Source of the DNA: Pseudomonadales bacterium
Lineage (GTDB): Bacteria; Pseudomonadota; Gammaproteobacteria; Pseudomonadales; Pseudohongiellaceae
Assembly: GCA_032251455.1 (NCBI GenBank)
Contig: JAVVEG010000013.1
Location: 24,532 to 88,531, forward strand
Direction of reading: 5' to 3'
DNA length: 64,000 bases
Shown: piece by piece, positions 49,212-60,598 of the stretch
How positions within the stretch are numbered: the first letter of the stretch is position 1
Layout: each line of letters begins with the position of its first letter
Translations under genes and position numbers: made by a program
The notes under the pieces: model-generated
Databases searched by the model: none
The model's input: only the letters and a program-made list of their open reading frames with translations
Told to the model about the DNA's origin: nothing

Positions 49212-50426
49212 TTGTCCACCGTCAATTCACAGCACCGGGTTTTATCCGGTATGCGTCCCACTGGCCGATTGCACCTTGGGCATTATCACGGCGTGCTGAA
49301 AAACTGGGTAAAACTGCAACACGAATATGAATGTTTCTTTTTCGTGGCCGACTGGCATGCGCTGACCACCCATTACGCCACACCACAGGTTATCGAAGAA
49401 AATTTGATGGATATGGTTATCGACTGGTTGGCAGTCGGTATCAACCCAGGTTCGGCTTCATTGTTTGTCCAGTCACGTGTGCCCGAACATGCCGAGTTAC
49501 ATTTATTGTTGTCGATGATGACGCCTTTGGGTTGGCTGGAAAGAGTACCCAGCTACAAGGATCAACAGGAGAAGCTGCGGGAAAAGGATCTGGAAACCTA
49601 TGGATTTCTCGGCTATCCCTTGCTGCAGAGTGCCGATATTCTGATTTACCGTGCCGGCATGGTGCCGGTTGGTGCCGATCAGGTTGCGCATGTTGAACTT
49701 ACCCGGGAGGTGGCCCGCCGGTTCAATCACCTCTATGGCCGGGAGCCTGGCTTTGAGGAAAATGCAGAAGCGGCCATCCGGAAAATGGGCAAAAAGGCAG
49801 CGCGCCTGTTCAGCTCCTTGCGCACCGCCTATCAGCAGCAGGGTGATCAAAATGCACTGGCTCAGGCTCAGGCCCTGTTGCGTGAACAGCAGAACATCAC
49901 CCTGGGAGATCGCGAACGCCTGTATGGTTATCTGGAGGGCAGTGGCAAAATGATCCTGGTTGAACCTCAGGTGATGTTGACCCCCGCCCCAAAGATGCCT
50001 GGCCTCGATGGTCAGAAAATGTCCAAATCCTATGACAATACCATCAGTTTGCGCGAACCGCTGGAGCTGGTTGAGAAGAAGGTGGCAACCATGCCGACGG
50101 ATCCGGCCCGCGTCAGATTGACTGATCCGGGGGATCCCCAGAAGTGCCCTGTCTGGCAGCTGCATGAGATCTACTCCAGCGAAGCAACCCGGCAATGGGT
50201 GGATACGGGTTGCCGCCAGGCTGGCATTGGCTGTCTTGAGTGCAAACGCCCGCTGATCGATGCCATTATTGCCGAGCTGGAACCCATTCAGGCAGAGGCC
50301 AGGCAGTATGAAAAGGATCCGGACATGGTCAAGTCAATACTGGCAGAGGGTGCAGAGTCCGCCCGCGAAACTGCGCGCGAGACATTACAGGATGTACGTG
50401 CTGCAATGGGCTTGAACTACAGGTAA
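49212..50426 (+). CDS. trpS: Tryptophanyl-tRNA synthetase (long form with insertion)
   Basis: GMRPTGRLHLGHYHG and KMSKS motifs. TTG start with GGAG 6 nt upstream. Confidence 0.9.
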   Translation: MSTVNSQHRVLSGMRPTGRLHLGHYHGVLKNWVKLQHEYECFFFVADWHALTTHYATPQVIEENLMDMVIDWLAVGINPGSASLFVQSRVPEHAELHLLLSMMTPLGWLERVPSYKDQQEKLREKDLETYGFLGYPLLQSADILIYRAGMVPVGADQVAHVELTREVARRFNHLYGREPGFEENAEAAIRKMGKKAARLFSSLRTAYQQQGDQNALAQAQALLREQQNITLGDRERLYGYLEGSGKMILVEPQVMLTPAPKMPGLDGQKMSKSYDNTISLREPLELVEKKVATMPTDPARVRLTDPGDPQKCPVWQLHEIYSSEATRQWVDTGCRQAGIGCLECKRPLIDAIIAELEPIQAEARQYEKDPDMVKSILAEGAESARETARETLQDVRAAMGLNYR

Positions 50427-50435
50427 TACATCATC

Positions 50436-51269
50436 ATGGACGCAGGTCACAGCATTGAGACATCCCCTGTGCCGACAGCAGAGGTCTCCCAACAGGAAAT
50501 GCCGTTTGCCTATGTTGCTGGCAAGGCAGTCACTGTGCTGCCGCTTGATCTGTATATTCCACCGGATGCACTGGAAGTCTTCCTGGAAGCTTTCGAAGGG
50601 CCACTCGACTTGCTCCTCTATCTGATCAAACGGCAGAATATTGATATTCTGGAAGTGGATGTAGCCATGATAACGGACCAATACATGGCGTATGTGGATC
50701 TGATGGAGGCTCATCAGTTTGAGCTGGCAGCAGAATATCTGGTCATGGCGGCCATGCTGGCAGAAATCAAATCCAGAATGCTGTTGCCGCGCAGCAGCAT
50801 GGAAGAAGACACCGAAGAAGATCCGCGAGCACAGCTGATCCGGCGCCTGCAGGAATACGAACGCTACAAGAAAGCCGCCGAGGATCTGGATACCCTGCCC
50901 AGACTCGAACGTGATGTATTTCAGAGCCAGGCGCAAACGCCAGAGCTGGAAAAAGAGATGCCTGAACCGCTTGTTGAACTTCAGGAAATTCTGCTTGCCC
51001 TGGCTTCGGTGCTGCGCCGGGCTGATATGTTTGAGCATCATCATATTCAGCGCGAGATGCTGTCTACCCGGGAAAAAATGTCCGAGATTCTGGTGCGTCT
51101 GTCCAGTGAACGCTTTATTCCACTGGTTTCCCTGCTGCTGCGGGAAGAGGGACGCCTGGGTGTGGTGGTGACTTTTCTGGCGGTCATGGAACTGCTGAAA
51201 GATTCCCTGATTGATATTATTCAAAATGAGCCGTTTGGCCCGATACACCTGAAGGCGCGCAACGAATGA
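50436..51269 (+). CDS. scpA: Segregation and condensation protein A
   Basis: FEGPLDLLLYLIKRQNIDILEVDVAMITDQY, the ScpA hallmark. Confidence 0.9.
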   Translation: MDAGHSIETSPVPTAEVSQQEMPFAYVAGKAVTVLPLDLYIPPDALEVFLEAFEGPLDLLLYLIKRQNIDILEVDVAMITDQYMAYVDLMEAHQFELAAEYLVMAAMLAEIKSRMLLPRSSMEEDTEEDPRAQLIRRLQEYERYKKAAEDLDTLPRLERDVFQSQAQTPELEKEMPEPLVELQEILLALASVLRRADMFEHHHIQREMLSTREKMSEILVRLSSERFIPLVSLLLREEGRLGVVVTFLAVMELLKDSLIDIIQNEPFGPIHLKARNE

Positions 51270-52144
51270 ATACGGCAGAAAATCCGGAGAAGATTATGCT
51301 TGAGCAAGATATCGACAATGAGGAGGCAATGGTTGACGCTGATTCGGAAGCAGCAATCGATTTTGATATGCTCAGGAAGATTGTTGAGGGTTTGTTGCTG
51401 GCCTCGGACAAACCCCTGTCCTTGCCGCGTATTGCTGAGGTTTTTCCGGAACAGGCCCGCCCCGATGAGGTGTTGTTGAAGTCGGTGCTTGCCGCTATCT
51501 CGGACAGCTGTGCCGGCAAAGGTTTCGAGTTGAAAGAGGTCAGTTCGGGTTTTCGATTTCAGGTCCGCCAGGAACTCAGTTCGTGGATCAGTCGGCTCTG
51601 GGAGGAAAAACCGCAAAGATATACCCGGGCCTTGCTGGAAACTCTTGCTCTGATAGCCTACCGTCAACCGATTACGCGCGGTGATATTGAAGAAATTCGC
51701 GGTGTAGGAGTCAGCTCTACCATTATAAGGACATTGCTCGATCGAGAGTGGATCAGAGTGGTTGGACATCGTGATGTGCCTGGTCGTCCAGCGATGTTTG
51801 CCACTACCCGCCAGTTTCTCGATTACTTCAATTTGAAGAGTTTGCAGGAATTGCCCCCATTGTCCGAGATTCGCGATCTCGATCAGCTCAATCAGGAACT
51901 GGTTTTTGATGATGCCAGAGAGGAGATGCGGGTGCTGGACCTGCCTGACGAACAACAGATCCAGGAGCAGGGTTCAAACCAGACTGACGAAAATGGCAAT
52001 AGTGTGGCCGCTGAGCACTCCCTGAGTGAAGAAGAAGCGCTGGCCCTGGCCAGACGTCCACTCGACGAGATTCTTGGTTTGCACCAAAACAAAAGTGAAG
52101 ATGACACAGACCCCGGGGATTCAGGTACTCAAGATGACAGATGA
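51266..52144 (+). CDS. scpB: Segregation and condensation protein B
   Basis: ETLALIAYRQPITRGDIEEIRGV...GRPAMFATTRQFLDYF. Confidence 0.9.
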   Translation: MNTAENPEKIMLEQDIDNEEAMVDADSEAAIDFDMLRKIVEGLLLASDKPLSLPRIAEVFPEQARPDEVLLKSVLAAISDSCAGKGFELKEVSSGFRFQVRQELSSWISRLWEEKPQRYTRALLETLALIAYRQPITRGDIEEIRGVGVSSTIIRTLLDREWIRVVGHRDVPGRPAMFATTRQFLDYFNLKSLQELPPLSEIRDLDQLNQELVFDDAREEMRVLDLPDEQQIQEQGSNQTDENGNSVAAEHSLSEEEALALARRPLDEILGLHQNKSEDDTDPGDSGTQDDR

Positions 52145-52913
52145 AAAGATTCAGAAAATTCTGGCACGAGCAGGTTTCGGTTCGCGCCGGGAAATGGAAA
52201 CCTGGATCAATCAGGGACGAGTCAGAATCAACGGCAAACAGGCTGTGCTGGGGGAACGGGCCAGCCCGGATGACAAGCTGATGGTTGATGGCAAGAAAGT
52301 CAGTGGTATCGGCGGCAAATCCGATCGCCCGCGGGTGTTGCTGTACAACAAGCCGGAAGATGAAATCTGTACCCGCAGGGATCCAGAAGGACGCAGGACT
52401 GTTTATGACAAACTTCCTCCGATCAAACACGGTCGCTGGGTGGCTATAGGTCGCCTGGATATAAATACCAGCGGTCTGTTGCTGTTTACCACCGACGGAG
52501 AACTGGCCAACCGGCTTATGCACCCCTCGTCGAATATTGACAGGGAATATGCGGTGCGTGTGCGCGGAGAGGTTACTGATGAACATCTCCGCAATATGAA
52601 AGAAGGCGTGATGGTGGATGGCCATAATTGCCGGTTTACCGATATCCAGTTTTTTGCCGGGGAGGGCAGCAATCACTGGTATCACGTTGTTGTCATGGAA
52701 GGCAGAAACAGAGAGGTCAGGCGCCTGTGGGAATCACAGGGGATAATGGTGAGTCGTCTCAAACGGGTTAGATACGGTCCTGTGTTCATCCCCAGCCGTG
52801 TCAAGAAAGGGCAGTTCCATGAGTTGCCGGAAAATGATATCAACCTGCTGTATGAGGCAGTGGGCCTAAGGGAGAAAAAAGTGGTGAACAGGGAGCCCAG
52901 GCGAAGAAGCTGA
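52134..52913 (+). CDS. rluB: 23S rRNA pseudouridine synthase RluB
   Basis: S4 domain (KIQKILARAGFGSRRE) plus the RsuA-family catalytic motif GRLDINTSGLLL. ATG 52134 overlaps the scpB stop; the tracked 52026 start lies inside scpB. Confidence 0.9.
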   Translation: MTDEKIQKILARAGFGSRREMETWINQGRVRINGKQAVLGERASPDDKLMVDGKKVSGIGGKSDRPRVLLYNKPEDEICTRRDPEGRRTVYDKLPPIKHGRWVAIGRLDINTSGLLLFTTDGELANRLMHPSSNIDREYAVRVRGEVTDEHLRNMKEGVMVDGHNCRFTDIQFFAGEGSNHWYHVVVMEGRNREVRRLWESQGIMVSRLKRVRYGPVFIPSRVKKGQFHELPENDINLLYEAVGLREKKVVNREPRRRS

Positions 52914-52945
52914 TTTTGCAGACAGAAGCAAATGGTTCCCTTCTC

Positions 52946-52983
52946 GACCTGGTTTTTAGACCTGTGTTATAGACCTGTTTTTA
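52946..52983. repeat. Three tandem ~13-bp repeats (GACCTGKKTTWTA) in the convergent rluB/GGDEF spacer
   Basis: gacctggttttta / gacctgtgttata / gacctgttttta, read directly. Confidence 0.85.
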
Positions 52984-53000
52984 TTCTGGACTGCAGGACT

Positions 53001-53957
53001 TTACCCAGAATGCTCTGTCGCCACGCAATCCGGTAAGGTGGTGACACGATTACCACCGAGATGCTTGATTTGGTACAAGGCCTTGTCGGCCCGGTTAAAC
53101 AGTGAGTCAGCGTTATCCTCCTCACGATAACTGGCAATGCCAATACTTACGGTAAGCTTGAGGGGAATCCCTTTCACCTGAAAGTCCATGGTTTCAATAT
53201 GTTGACGCAGACGTTCTGCGATAATCAGCGCGCCCTCCTGGTCGGTCCGGTTAAGTACCACGACAAATTCTTCGCCACCATAGCGATAGCAGGCATCTGT
53301 GTTGCGACTGATTTCAGCGATGGCGCGCACCAGTATTTTCAGGGATTCATCTCCTGCACTGTGCCCATGGTTATCGTTGATGGCCTTGAATTTATCGATA
53401 TCGATCAATAAGACGGAAAGGGCGTGCCGGTATCTTTTGGCGAGTTTTATTTCCCGATTGAGCGTCACATTGAGTCCAGCTCTGTTGCCCGCTCCGGTTA
53501 AAGGATCAGTGACAGAGGCTGTCAGTGCCTGACGATACAGCAAGCTGTTGCGCAGGGGACAGAGCAAGGCGCTGAGTGCGGATTCAATGGTCTCCAGGTC
53601 GCTGTCGGTAAACCGGGTATTGCGATAAAAAACCAGCTCACCGAGAAAATCCTGTCTCGTCATCAAACGATATCCACAACTATGCGAACCGGTTCTGCCC
53701 TGCATCAGCTGAATACGCTGCGCTTCATTGAGATAGCGCTGGCCCCTGGTTTTGACAAACTCTGCAAGCGTCTCTTGAAATTGCGCCATGATTTCTTCCA
53801 GTTCAAGCGAGGACTGCAGACGGCTTATAAAATGGTAACGCAGGTTTTGTTGCTCGTCGCTTGCTGCTGGCATGCTCGGGGGGTTGAGCCCTGTCATCAA
53901 TCCCGGGTTGCTTGCGCTAAAATCAATGGTATTGGCTGATTTCAAGGGTGTGGCCAT
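53001..53957 (-). CDS. Diguanylate cyclase (GGDEF) with an uncharacterised N-terminal sensor region
   Basis: DPLTGAGNR, RYGGEEFVVVL active site. ATG 53957 has GGAGG 6 nt upstream. Confidence 0.85.
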   Translation of the reverse strand: MATPLKSANTIDFSASNPGLMTGLNPPSMPAASDEQQNLRYHFISRLQSSLELEEIMAQFQETLAEFVKTRGQRYLNEAQRIQLMQGRTGSHSCGYRLMTRQDFLGELVFYRNTRFTDSDLETIESALSALLCPLRNSLLYRQALTASVTDPLTGAGNRAGLNVTLNREIKLAKRYRHALSVLLIDIDKFKAINDNHGHSAGDESLKILVRAIAEISRNTDACYRYGGEEFVVVLNRTDQEGALIIAERLRQHIETMDFQVKGIPLKLTVSIGIASYREEDNADSLFNRADKALYQIKHLGGNRVTTLPDCVATEHSG

Positions 53958-54119
53958 GGCTTCCTCCAGGCGTTGCCGATTGTTATCTTGAGGCAAGCCG
54001 CTTGCTAGTGAGTATTGGTAGCAGTAATGCCAATATTGTGCCAAGTGCGCAAAAAGAATAAAAACCTATTTATAACAGGGGGTTGCAGAAATTCATCTGG
54101 ATTTGATCGCTAGAGGGGG

Positions 54120-54160
54120 CAATTTTTGCCGCCACTGACCGGGTGCTGCGGCAAAAATTG
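54120..54160 (-). terminator. 13-bp perfect inverted repeat (CAATTTTTGCCGC-N15-GCGGCAAAAATTG) immediately downstream of yciK
   Basis: Read directly. Hairpin without a classic T-tail. Confidence 0.45.
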
Positions 54161-54922
54161 TCACTTTTCTGACGCCAGCCACTCTCTTGCGTTCAGTGAC
54201 TGACCCTGCACAGTGGCACTGTCCTGTCCCATCAGATACAGATACAAGGGCATCAGAGTTTCCGCTGTGGGCAGGGTGTGCGGATCCTCTGCCGGAAATG
54301 CCGCCTTGCGCATGGCGGTTCGTGTTGCGCCGGGATTGATGCAGTTGACCCGGATAGCACTGCTCTCCCGCAACTCATCAGCCAGTACCTGCATCAGGCC
54401 TTCAGTAGCGAACTTGCTGACCGCATAAGCACCCCAATAGGCTTTACCCCGGTGCCCCACACCAGAAGAGGTGAAGACTATGCGCCCACTGACAGCTGCC
54501 CGCAGGGAAGGTAATAAGGCCTGGGTCAGCTGGAAAGCTGAATTGAGGTTTGTCTGCATTACCTTGTGCCAGATCTCTGCCGGATAAAACTCAACAGGAG
54601 TCATGGGGCCCAATATCGAAGCATTGTGCAGCAGACCATCCAGGGCCGGGAACTGCTGCTCGATGGAGGTGGCAAGCTGGGTATAGTCCTGCGTGCCAGC
54701 CAGAGCCAGGTCCAATGGGTGGATGATAGCCTCAGGAGCCTGCATCTGCTGGATCTCATCATAGACCCGTTCCAGTTTTTCCTGTGTCCGGCCGAGCAGA
54801 ATGACAGTGGCTCCATGCTGGGCAAAACTCAGGGCTGCCTGGCGACCGATGCCATCGCCAGCGCCAGTGACAAGTATCAATTTATTGTGCAGTAAATCCC
54901 CGGGGGGACAGTAATTCTTCAT
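54161..54922 (-). CDS. yciK: Short-chain dehydrogenase/reductase, YciK-like
   Basis: TGAGDGIG Rossmann motif and YAVSK catalytic motif; Pseudomonas-like synteny ubiG-phosphatase-SDR. Confidence 0.8.
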   Translation of the reverse strand: MKNYCPPGDLLHNKLILVTGAGDGIGRQAALSFAQHGATVILLGRTQEKLERVYDEIQQMQAPEAIIHPLDLALAGTQDYTQLATSIEQQFPALDGLLHNASILGPMTPVEFYPAEIWHKVMQTNLNSAFQLTQALLPSLRAAVSGRIVFTSSGVGHRGKAYWGAYAVSKFATEGLMQVLADELRESSAIRVNCINPGATRTAMRKAAFPAEDPHTLPTAETLMPLYLYLMGQDSATVQGQSLNAREWLASEK

Positions 54923-54950
54923 AAATCAGCTTCCGTTTTCGGTCAAAAGG

Positions 54951-55646
54951 TCATGAGTTGGCTGCAGCCGCAGAGAATAACCAGTTTCTGATCTCCTCTG
55001 CTGAGTCCACAGTGAGGTCTGCACCCCAACTGGAGATACAGGGTTCCGGGGGAAGATAGCCATAGGCTGCCGCAATGCTGAACATGCCCGCCGCTCTTGC
55101 GGCCAGGATGTCACGGGGGTGATCACCGATATAAATACAATGTGCACTGGGCAGCAGCAGCTGCTGGCTGGCCAGCAGCAAGGGTTCAGGGTCGGGTTTG
55201 CAGTGCCTTACCTGTTCCGGACAGATCACCAGGCTGCATTCGGCACTCAGGCCCAGCTGTTGCAGCAGAACCAGGGTGTACTGTTCCGGTTTGTTGGTGA
55301 CGATTCCCCAGGGCAGATTTCTTTGTTGCAAGTCTGCAAGCAGTTCTTGCATACCTGAATAAAGCGTTGCCTGGGAGTGTTTGATTTGCTCAGCATACAG
55401 GCTCAATAGTCGTTGCAGATGCACGGGGAATTCGGGGGCCAGTTCATCCTGTCCGGTCAATAGCTGTAGCAAGGCCCTGGCGCCGCTGGATACAGTCTGA
55501 TTTACGGCCCGGGGGTCAGGTTGAGGCAGCTTCAATTCTGTCGCCAGCTGCTGTAAACAATGGTGGAAATCGGCAGCGGTATCCAGCAGCGTGCCATCGA
55601 GATCAAAGAGCACTGCCCGTACCGGGCCGTATTGGGTCAGGCGCAT
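54951..55646 (-). CDS. HAD-family phosphatase (phosphoglycolate phosphatase / MupP-like)
   Basis: VLFDLDGTLLDT motif I, a motif II-like VTNK and IYIGDHPRDI motif IV. ATG 55646 overlaps the ubiG end by 10 nt. Confidence 0.8.
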   Translation of the reverse strand: MRLTQYGPVRAVLFDLDGTLLDTAADFHHCLQQLATELKLPQPDPRAVNQTVSSGARALLQLLTGQDELAPEFPVHLQRLLSLYAEQIKHSQATLYSGMQELLADLQQRNLPWGIVTNKPEQYTLVLLQQLGLSAECSLVICPEQVRHCKPDPEPLLLASQQLLLPSAHCIYIGDHPRDILAARAAGMFSIAAAYGYLPPEPCISSWGADLTVDSAEEIRNWLFSAAAANS

Positions 55647-56395
55647 TCCTGGGCACCGCGCAGTGGTTCGGTTGACGCAGGCACGGCATCTGCCGGTTTG
55701 CTGAAATGGGCCAGATAGTTGACGGAAATATCGGCCTGCAAGGCGTAATTGCGGGTGAATGGATTGTAGCCGAGCCCAATCAGCTCTCCCTGCTTCAACC
55801 CGGCCTGACGGGCCCATGAGGCCAGTTCTGAAGGTTTGACAAAGCGGGCGTAGTCATGGGTGCCGCGTGGCAGCAGACCGAGGATGTACTCGGCTCCGAT
55901 GACCGCAAACAGATAGGATTTCGGATTGCGGTTGATGGTGGAGCAGAACAGATGTCCGCCAGGCTTGAGCAGGCTGGCACAGGCAGTAACGATTGCCGCC
56001 GGGTCTGGCACATGTTCCAGCATTTCCAGGCAACAGACGATGTCGTACTGGCCACTGGCTTCGGCGGCCAGGTTTTCCGCAGATTGGTGGCGATAATCGA
56101 TATCCAGCCCGCTTTCCAGCTGGTGCAGACGGGCAACGGCCAGGGAGGCCTCAGCCAGGTCGATTCCGGTTACCCGGGCGCCATGCTGGGCCATGGCTTC
56201 GCTGAGCAGACCGCCCCCGCAACCGATATCGGCCACGCGCAGCCCTGCCGGATTGATCTTGCTGCTGATGAAGCCCATGCGCAGTGGATTGATTTCATGC
56301 AATGGCCGAAATTCACTGGCAGGATCCCACCAGCGCGATGCCAATGCCTCGAATTTACGAATTTCCGCCTGGTCGCTATTGCTGGTCTGATGCAT
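55637..56395 (-). CDS. ubiG: Ubiquinone biosynthesis O-methyltransferase
   Basis: EIRKFEALASRWWD..., SAM motif VADIGCGGGLLSE. Confidence 0.95.
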   Translation of the reverse strand: MHQTSNSDQAEIRKFEALASRWWDPASEFRPLHEINPLRMGFISSKINPAGLRVADIGCGGGLLSEAMAQHGARVTGIDLAEASLAVARLHQLESGLDIDYRHQSAENLAAEASGQYDIVCCLEMLEHVPDPAAIVTACASLLKPGGHLFCSTINRNPKSYLFAVIGAEYILGLLPRGTHDYARFVKPSELASWARQAGLKQGELIGLGYNPFTRNYALQADISVNYLAHFSKPADAVPASTEPLRGAQECA

Positions 56396-56425
56396 TCTGG
56401 TTCCTTTCTGTAATCTGTTGATCGA

Positions 56426-57793
56426 TCAGGTACTGGATTTCAATTTTCCCTGCCAATGCATTACCTGTTCCTGTATAGCCTGCACCGCCATGCCCTGTAG
56501 CTGACCATTCTGCAGGCGCAGCTTGCCGCCAACCCAGACATGACTCACCTGGCTGGCCTGCGTACTGTAGACGAGTTGGGAGATGGGCTGGTATACCGGC
56601 AGGCAATTCAGGGCAGATAAATCCACGGCAATGATATCTGCCGCTTTACCGATTTCCAGGCTGCCGATATCAGCAGCCAGCCCCAGTGCCCTGGCCCCGG
56701 CCAGGGTGGCCATTTCAAGCGCCTTGAATGCGGGCAGGGCACATGCATCCCCTGCTACCAGTTTGGCCAGCAATGCTGCGGTACGCAACTCAGAGAACAT
56801 ATCCAGATCGTTGTTGCTGGCTGCACCATCAGTGCCCAGGGCTACATTGATGCCGGCTTTCATCAGTTTGTCCACCGGGCAACTGCCACTGGCCAGTTTC
56901 ATGTTGGATTCAGGGCAATGTACGACATGGACACCGGCTGCTGCCAGGTCCGCAATTTCCCCTTCGAGCAACTGGGTGGCATGGACACACAGCAGGCGAG
57001 GACTCAGCAAACCAAGTTCGGCCAGGCGTTGCAGGGGTCTTTGACCGCTTGTGGACAAGGCGTCGTTTACCTCTTGTGCGGTTTCATGCACATGCATATG
57101 AATGGGCATGTCCAATTCTTCAGCCAGCATGACGATTTTACGCAAGGGCGCATCGGCCACAGTGTAGGGGGCATGGGGGCCAAAGGCAGTGCTGACCAGA
57201 TCACTGTGCCGGAACTGATCATGCAACAGGGTGGCTTTGTGGATGTAATCCTCGGCATCGTTGCCCCAGGCCGAAGGGAAATCAAAAACCGGGGCGGCCA
57301 GTTGCACTCTGATGTGGGAATCCATGGCGGCTCTGGCACAGGCGTCCGGGAAGAAGTACATATCGGCAAAACAGGTAGTCCCTCCGCGCAGCATCTCGGC
57401 AATAGCCAATTGCGTGCCGTGGTAGACAAAGTCTGCCGAGACCCAGCGTGACTCCAGCGGCCAGATGGTTTCCTGCAACCAGTCATGCAAGGCTTGGTCA
57501 TCAGCAATGCCACGCAGCAGTGCCATTGCCGCGTGGCCATGTGTATTGATCAGCCCTGGCATAAGGGCATGCCTGTCCAGCGTGAATTCCCCGTCTGCCT
57601 GGTAAGTATCCCTGGCCGTTGCTGTGGGCAGGATGGCGCTGATTCTGCCCTGGTGAATGGCAATGCTGTGCTGCTCGAGAACGGTGGCTGCGGGAACTAT
57701 CGGGACTATCCAGCGACAATGCAACAAGGTGTCGATCTGGATTCTGGGTGACGAATTCACGTTTTTGTTTCCTGTAGACACGGTGTCTGTCAA
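56426..57793 (-). CDS. mtaD: TRZ/ATZ-family amidohydrolase (5-methylthioadenosine/S-adenosylhomocysteine deaminase-like)
   Basis: [11 protein letters not shown] metal-binding motif and HVHET; typical length. TTG start. Confidence 0.8.
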   Translation of the reverse strand: MTDTVSTGNKNVNSSPRIQIDTLLHCRWIVPIVPAATVLEQHSIAIHQGRISAILPTATARDTYQADGEFTLDRHALMPGLINTHGHAAMALLRGIADDQALHDWLQETIWPLESRWVSADFVYHGTQLAIAEMLRGGTTCFADMYFFPDACARAAMDSHIRVQLAAPVFDFPSAWGNDAEDYIHKATLLHDQFRHSDLVSTAFGPHAPYTVADAPLRKIVMLAEELDMPIHMHVHETAQEVNDALSTSGQRPLQRLAELGLLSPRLLCVHATQLLEGEIADLAAAGVHVVHCPESNMKLASGSCPVDKLMKAGINVALGTDGAASNNDLDMFSELRTAALLAKLVAGDACALPAFKALEMATLAGARALGLAADIGSLEIGKAADIIAVDLSALNCLPVYQPISQLVYSTQASQVSHVWVGGKLRLQNGQLQGMAVQAIQEQVMHWQGKLKSST

Positions 57794-58027
57794 GGCGAAA
57801 ATTGGTATGCAGGTGATTTCCAGGGCGCGATTATAGCGAAACCGGGCTCAAATAGCCTCCTCCAGGGAATCGCTTCTGCCCATGGCTTGCGTGCTGGTCG
57901 AACTGCCTGCTGTCAAAGGCCAGAAAAGCAGGTTTTAAGTGTCGGAGGGTTATTAGTTTGTGCTATTATTACCGGCTTTGGCAATACACTGAATGAGTGG
58001 CTTTTCCCCCTGAGGATCTGGATTTCT

Positions 58028-60598
58028 ATGGCTGAAATAGCAAAGCAGGTATTACCGGTTTCCCTTGAAAACGAGATGAGGGAATCCTATCTGGCTTATG
58101 CCATGAGCGTCATTGTCGGCAGGGCCTTGCCGGATGTGCGTGATGGCCTGAAACCGGTACACAGGCGTGTGCTGTTTGCCATGAATGTACTTTCCAATGA
58201 CTGGAACAAGCCCTACAAGAAATCAGCCCGCGTTGTCGGGGATGTGATTGGTAAATATCACCCGCACGGGGATTCGGCCGTGTATGACACCATTGTCAGA
58301 ATGGCGCAGGATTTTTCGTTGCGCTATCCATTGGTTGACGGCCAGGGTAACTTTGGTTCCATCGATGGTGATGCAGCTGCAGCCATGCGTTATACGGAAA
58401 TTCGCATGGCCCGGATCGCCCATGACCTGATGGCGGATCTGGACAAGGAAACCGTCAATTTCTCCGACAACTACGACGGTACCGAGCAGATACCCGATGT
58501 GTTCCCGACCCAGGTGCCCAATCTGCTGATCAATGGTTCCTCGGGTATTGCCGTGGGGATGGCCACCAATATTCCACCGCATAACCTGGGTGAAGTCGTC
58601 GATGCCTGTATTGCCCTGCTGAATGATGATGAAATCTCCATGGAAGCGCTCATGGAGCATATCCAGGGGCCGGATTTCCCTACCGCAGCCATCATCAATG
58701 GACGTGCCGGAATTATTGAGGCCTATCGAACCGGGCGTGGTCGTATCTATATGCGGGCCAGAGCCGAAATCGTCGAGGACAGCAAAACCGGCCGGCAGAC
58801 AATTCTGGTCACTGAAATTCCCTATCAGCTCAACAAGGCAAGATTGATCGAAAAGATAGCTGAGCTGGTCAAGGAAAAGAAAATTGAGGGTATCACTGAG
58901 CTTCGGGATGAATCGGACAAGGATGGTCTGCGCATAGTCATCGAATTGCGTCGTGGCGAGGTTGGGGAAGTGGTCCTCAATAACCTCTATGCCCAAACCC
59001 AGATGCAGTCGGTATTTGGTATCAATATGGTGGCCCTGGTGGATGGCCAGCCCCGCCTGCTCAATCTGAAAGAGATACTGCAGTCCTTTATCCGTCACCG
59101 GCGTGAGGTGGTCACCCGCAGAACAGTGTATCTGTTGCGCAAGGCACGTGAGAAAGGCCATATTCTGGAAGGTCTGGCAGTGGCATTGGCCAATATCGAT
59201 GCTGTGATTGCGTTGATCAAGGAGTCGCCTTCAACGGCTGAAGCCAAGGACAAGCTGCTGGCTCGTTCATGGCATTCCAGCAGTGTGCTGGCCATGCTTG
59301 GAGAGGTTGGTGCCGATGCCTGTCGACCGGAGGAGTTGCCGGAAAGCTACGGCCTCAAACAAGAGGAATATTTTCTGTCGCCAGCCCAGGCCCAGGCCAT
59401 TCTGGAGCTGCGTCTGCATCGCTTGACTGGCCTTGAGCATGAAAAGCTGATCAACGATTACAAGGAATTGTTGTTGCAGATTGCTGATTATATTGAAATT
59501 CTGGGCAGCGAAGAGCGACTTTTCTCCGTTGTGCGCGAAGAGTTGCAGTCAGTCCGCGAAAATTATGCGGATGCCCGCCGTACCGAAATTGTCGGCTCCC
59601 AGCTTGACCTGACCATGGAAGATCTGATCACGCAAGAAGACAGGGTGGTTACCATTTCGCGAGGGGGTTATGCCAAGTCGCAGCCACTTGCCGATTATCA
59701 GGCCCAGCGTCGAGGTGGCAAGGGCAAGGCAGCGGCGACGGTCAAGGATGAAGACTCGGTCCAGCACCTGTTGATTGCCAGCAGCCACGATACCCTGCTC
59801 TGTTTTACCAGTGCCGGCAAGGTCTATTGGGTTCGTGTCTTCAATATCCCGCTGGCCAGCAGGACTTCCAGGGGCAAGCCGATAGTGAACATCCTGCCAC
59901 TGGAAGAAAACGAACATATCACCAGCATGCTGCCGGTGAGTGAATACAGTGAAGGCTGGTTCATCTTCATGGCCACGGCGCTTGGCACCGTGAAGAAAAC
60001 ATCGCTGGTTAATTTTGCCAGACAACGCAGTGTCGGGCTGCGAGCCATCGAGCTGGATGAAGGGGATACCCTGATAGGCACAGCCCTGACTGACGGCAAT
60101 CAGGACATCATGTTGTTCAGCAGCAGTGGCAAGGTTACTCGTTTCCGTGAATCGGATGTGCGGCAAATGGGCAGAACGGCCCGGGGGGTCAGGGGTATTC
60201 GTCTGGCCGAGGGGCAGCGGATGATTTCATTGATCATCCCGGAAGCCGGCAAACAGGTACTTACCGTCAGCGAGCATGGTTATGGCAAGCGCACATTATG
60301 CGAGGAGTTTCCGGTTTACGGGCGTGGTGGTCAGGGTGTGATAGGCATGCAGACCAGTACACGCAACGGGGCTCTGGTAGGGGCTGTACAGGTCAGTGAT
60401 GGTGATGAAATCATGCTGATCTCCGACCGGGGAACCCTGGTCAGAACGCGTGTCGATGAAGTGTCGGTATTGAGCAGAAATACCCAGGGGGTGCGCCTGA
60501 TCAAGCTCAAGACGGATGAAAAACTGGTGGGCGTGCAACAGTTGGAAGAGCCGGACGAGATTGAATTTGCCGAAGAAGACGAGGCTGAAGATGATTGA
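58028..60598 (+). CDS. gyrA: DNA gyrase subunit A
   Basis: [33 protein letters not shown], the [15 protein letters not shown] region and the AAAMRYTE active-site Tyr. The tracked 57887 start is a spurious extension. Confidence 0.97.
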   Translation: MAEIAKQVLPVSLENEMRESYLAYAMSVIVGRALPDVRDGLKPVHRRVLFAMNVLSNDWNKPYKKSARVVGDVIGKYHPHGDSAVYDTIVRMAQDFSLRYPLVDGQGNFGSIDGDAAAAMRYTEIRMARIAHDLMADLDKETVNFSDNYDGTEQIPDVFPTQVPNLLINGSSGIAVGMATNIPPHNLGEVVDACIALLNDDEISMEALMEHIQGPDFPTAAIINGRAGIIEAYRTGRGRIYMRARAEIVEDSKTGRQTILVTEIPYQLNKARLIEKIAELVKEKKIEGITELRDESDKDGLRIVIELRRGEVGEVVLNNLYAQTQMQSVFGINMVALVDGQPRLLNLKEILQSFIRHRREVVTRRTVYLLRKAREKGHILEGLAVALANIDAVIALIKESPSTAEAKDKLLARSWHSSSVLAMLGEVGADACRPEELPESYGLKQEEYFLSPAQAQAILELRLHRLTGLEHEKLINDYKELLLQIADYIEILGSEERLFSVVREELQSVRENYADARRTEIVGSQLDLTMEDLITQEDRVVTISRGGYAKSQPLADYQAQRRGGKGKAAATVKDEDSVQHLLIASSHDTLLCFTSAGKVYWVRVFNIPLASRTSRGKPIVNILPLEENEHITSMLPVSEYSEGWFIFMATALGTVKKTSLVNFARQRSVGLRAIELDEGDTLIGTALTDGNQDIMLFSSSGKVTRFRESDVRQMGRTARGVRGIRLAEGQRMISLIIPEAGKQVLTVSEHGYGKRTLCEEFPVYGRGGQGVIGMQTSTRNGALVGAVQVSDGDEIMLISDRGTLVRTRVDEVSVLSRNTQGVRLIKLKTDEKLVGVQQLEEPDEIEFAEEDEAEDD

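Noticed and set aside
57887-58027. N-terminal extensions offered by the ORF track for gyrA (57887), flhF (26212), the ParA-like gene (33746), rluB (52026), pheA (60516), the HAD phosphatase (55817), the GGDEF gene (54044), rnfA (2660) and fleS (7396).
   Set aside because: In each case the extension overlaps the upstream gene or a promoter and is not conserved-looking. An internal ATG/GTG with a better Shine-Dalgarno reproduces the canonical N-terminus of the family.
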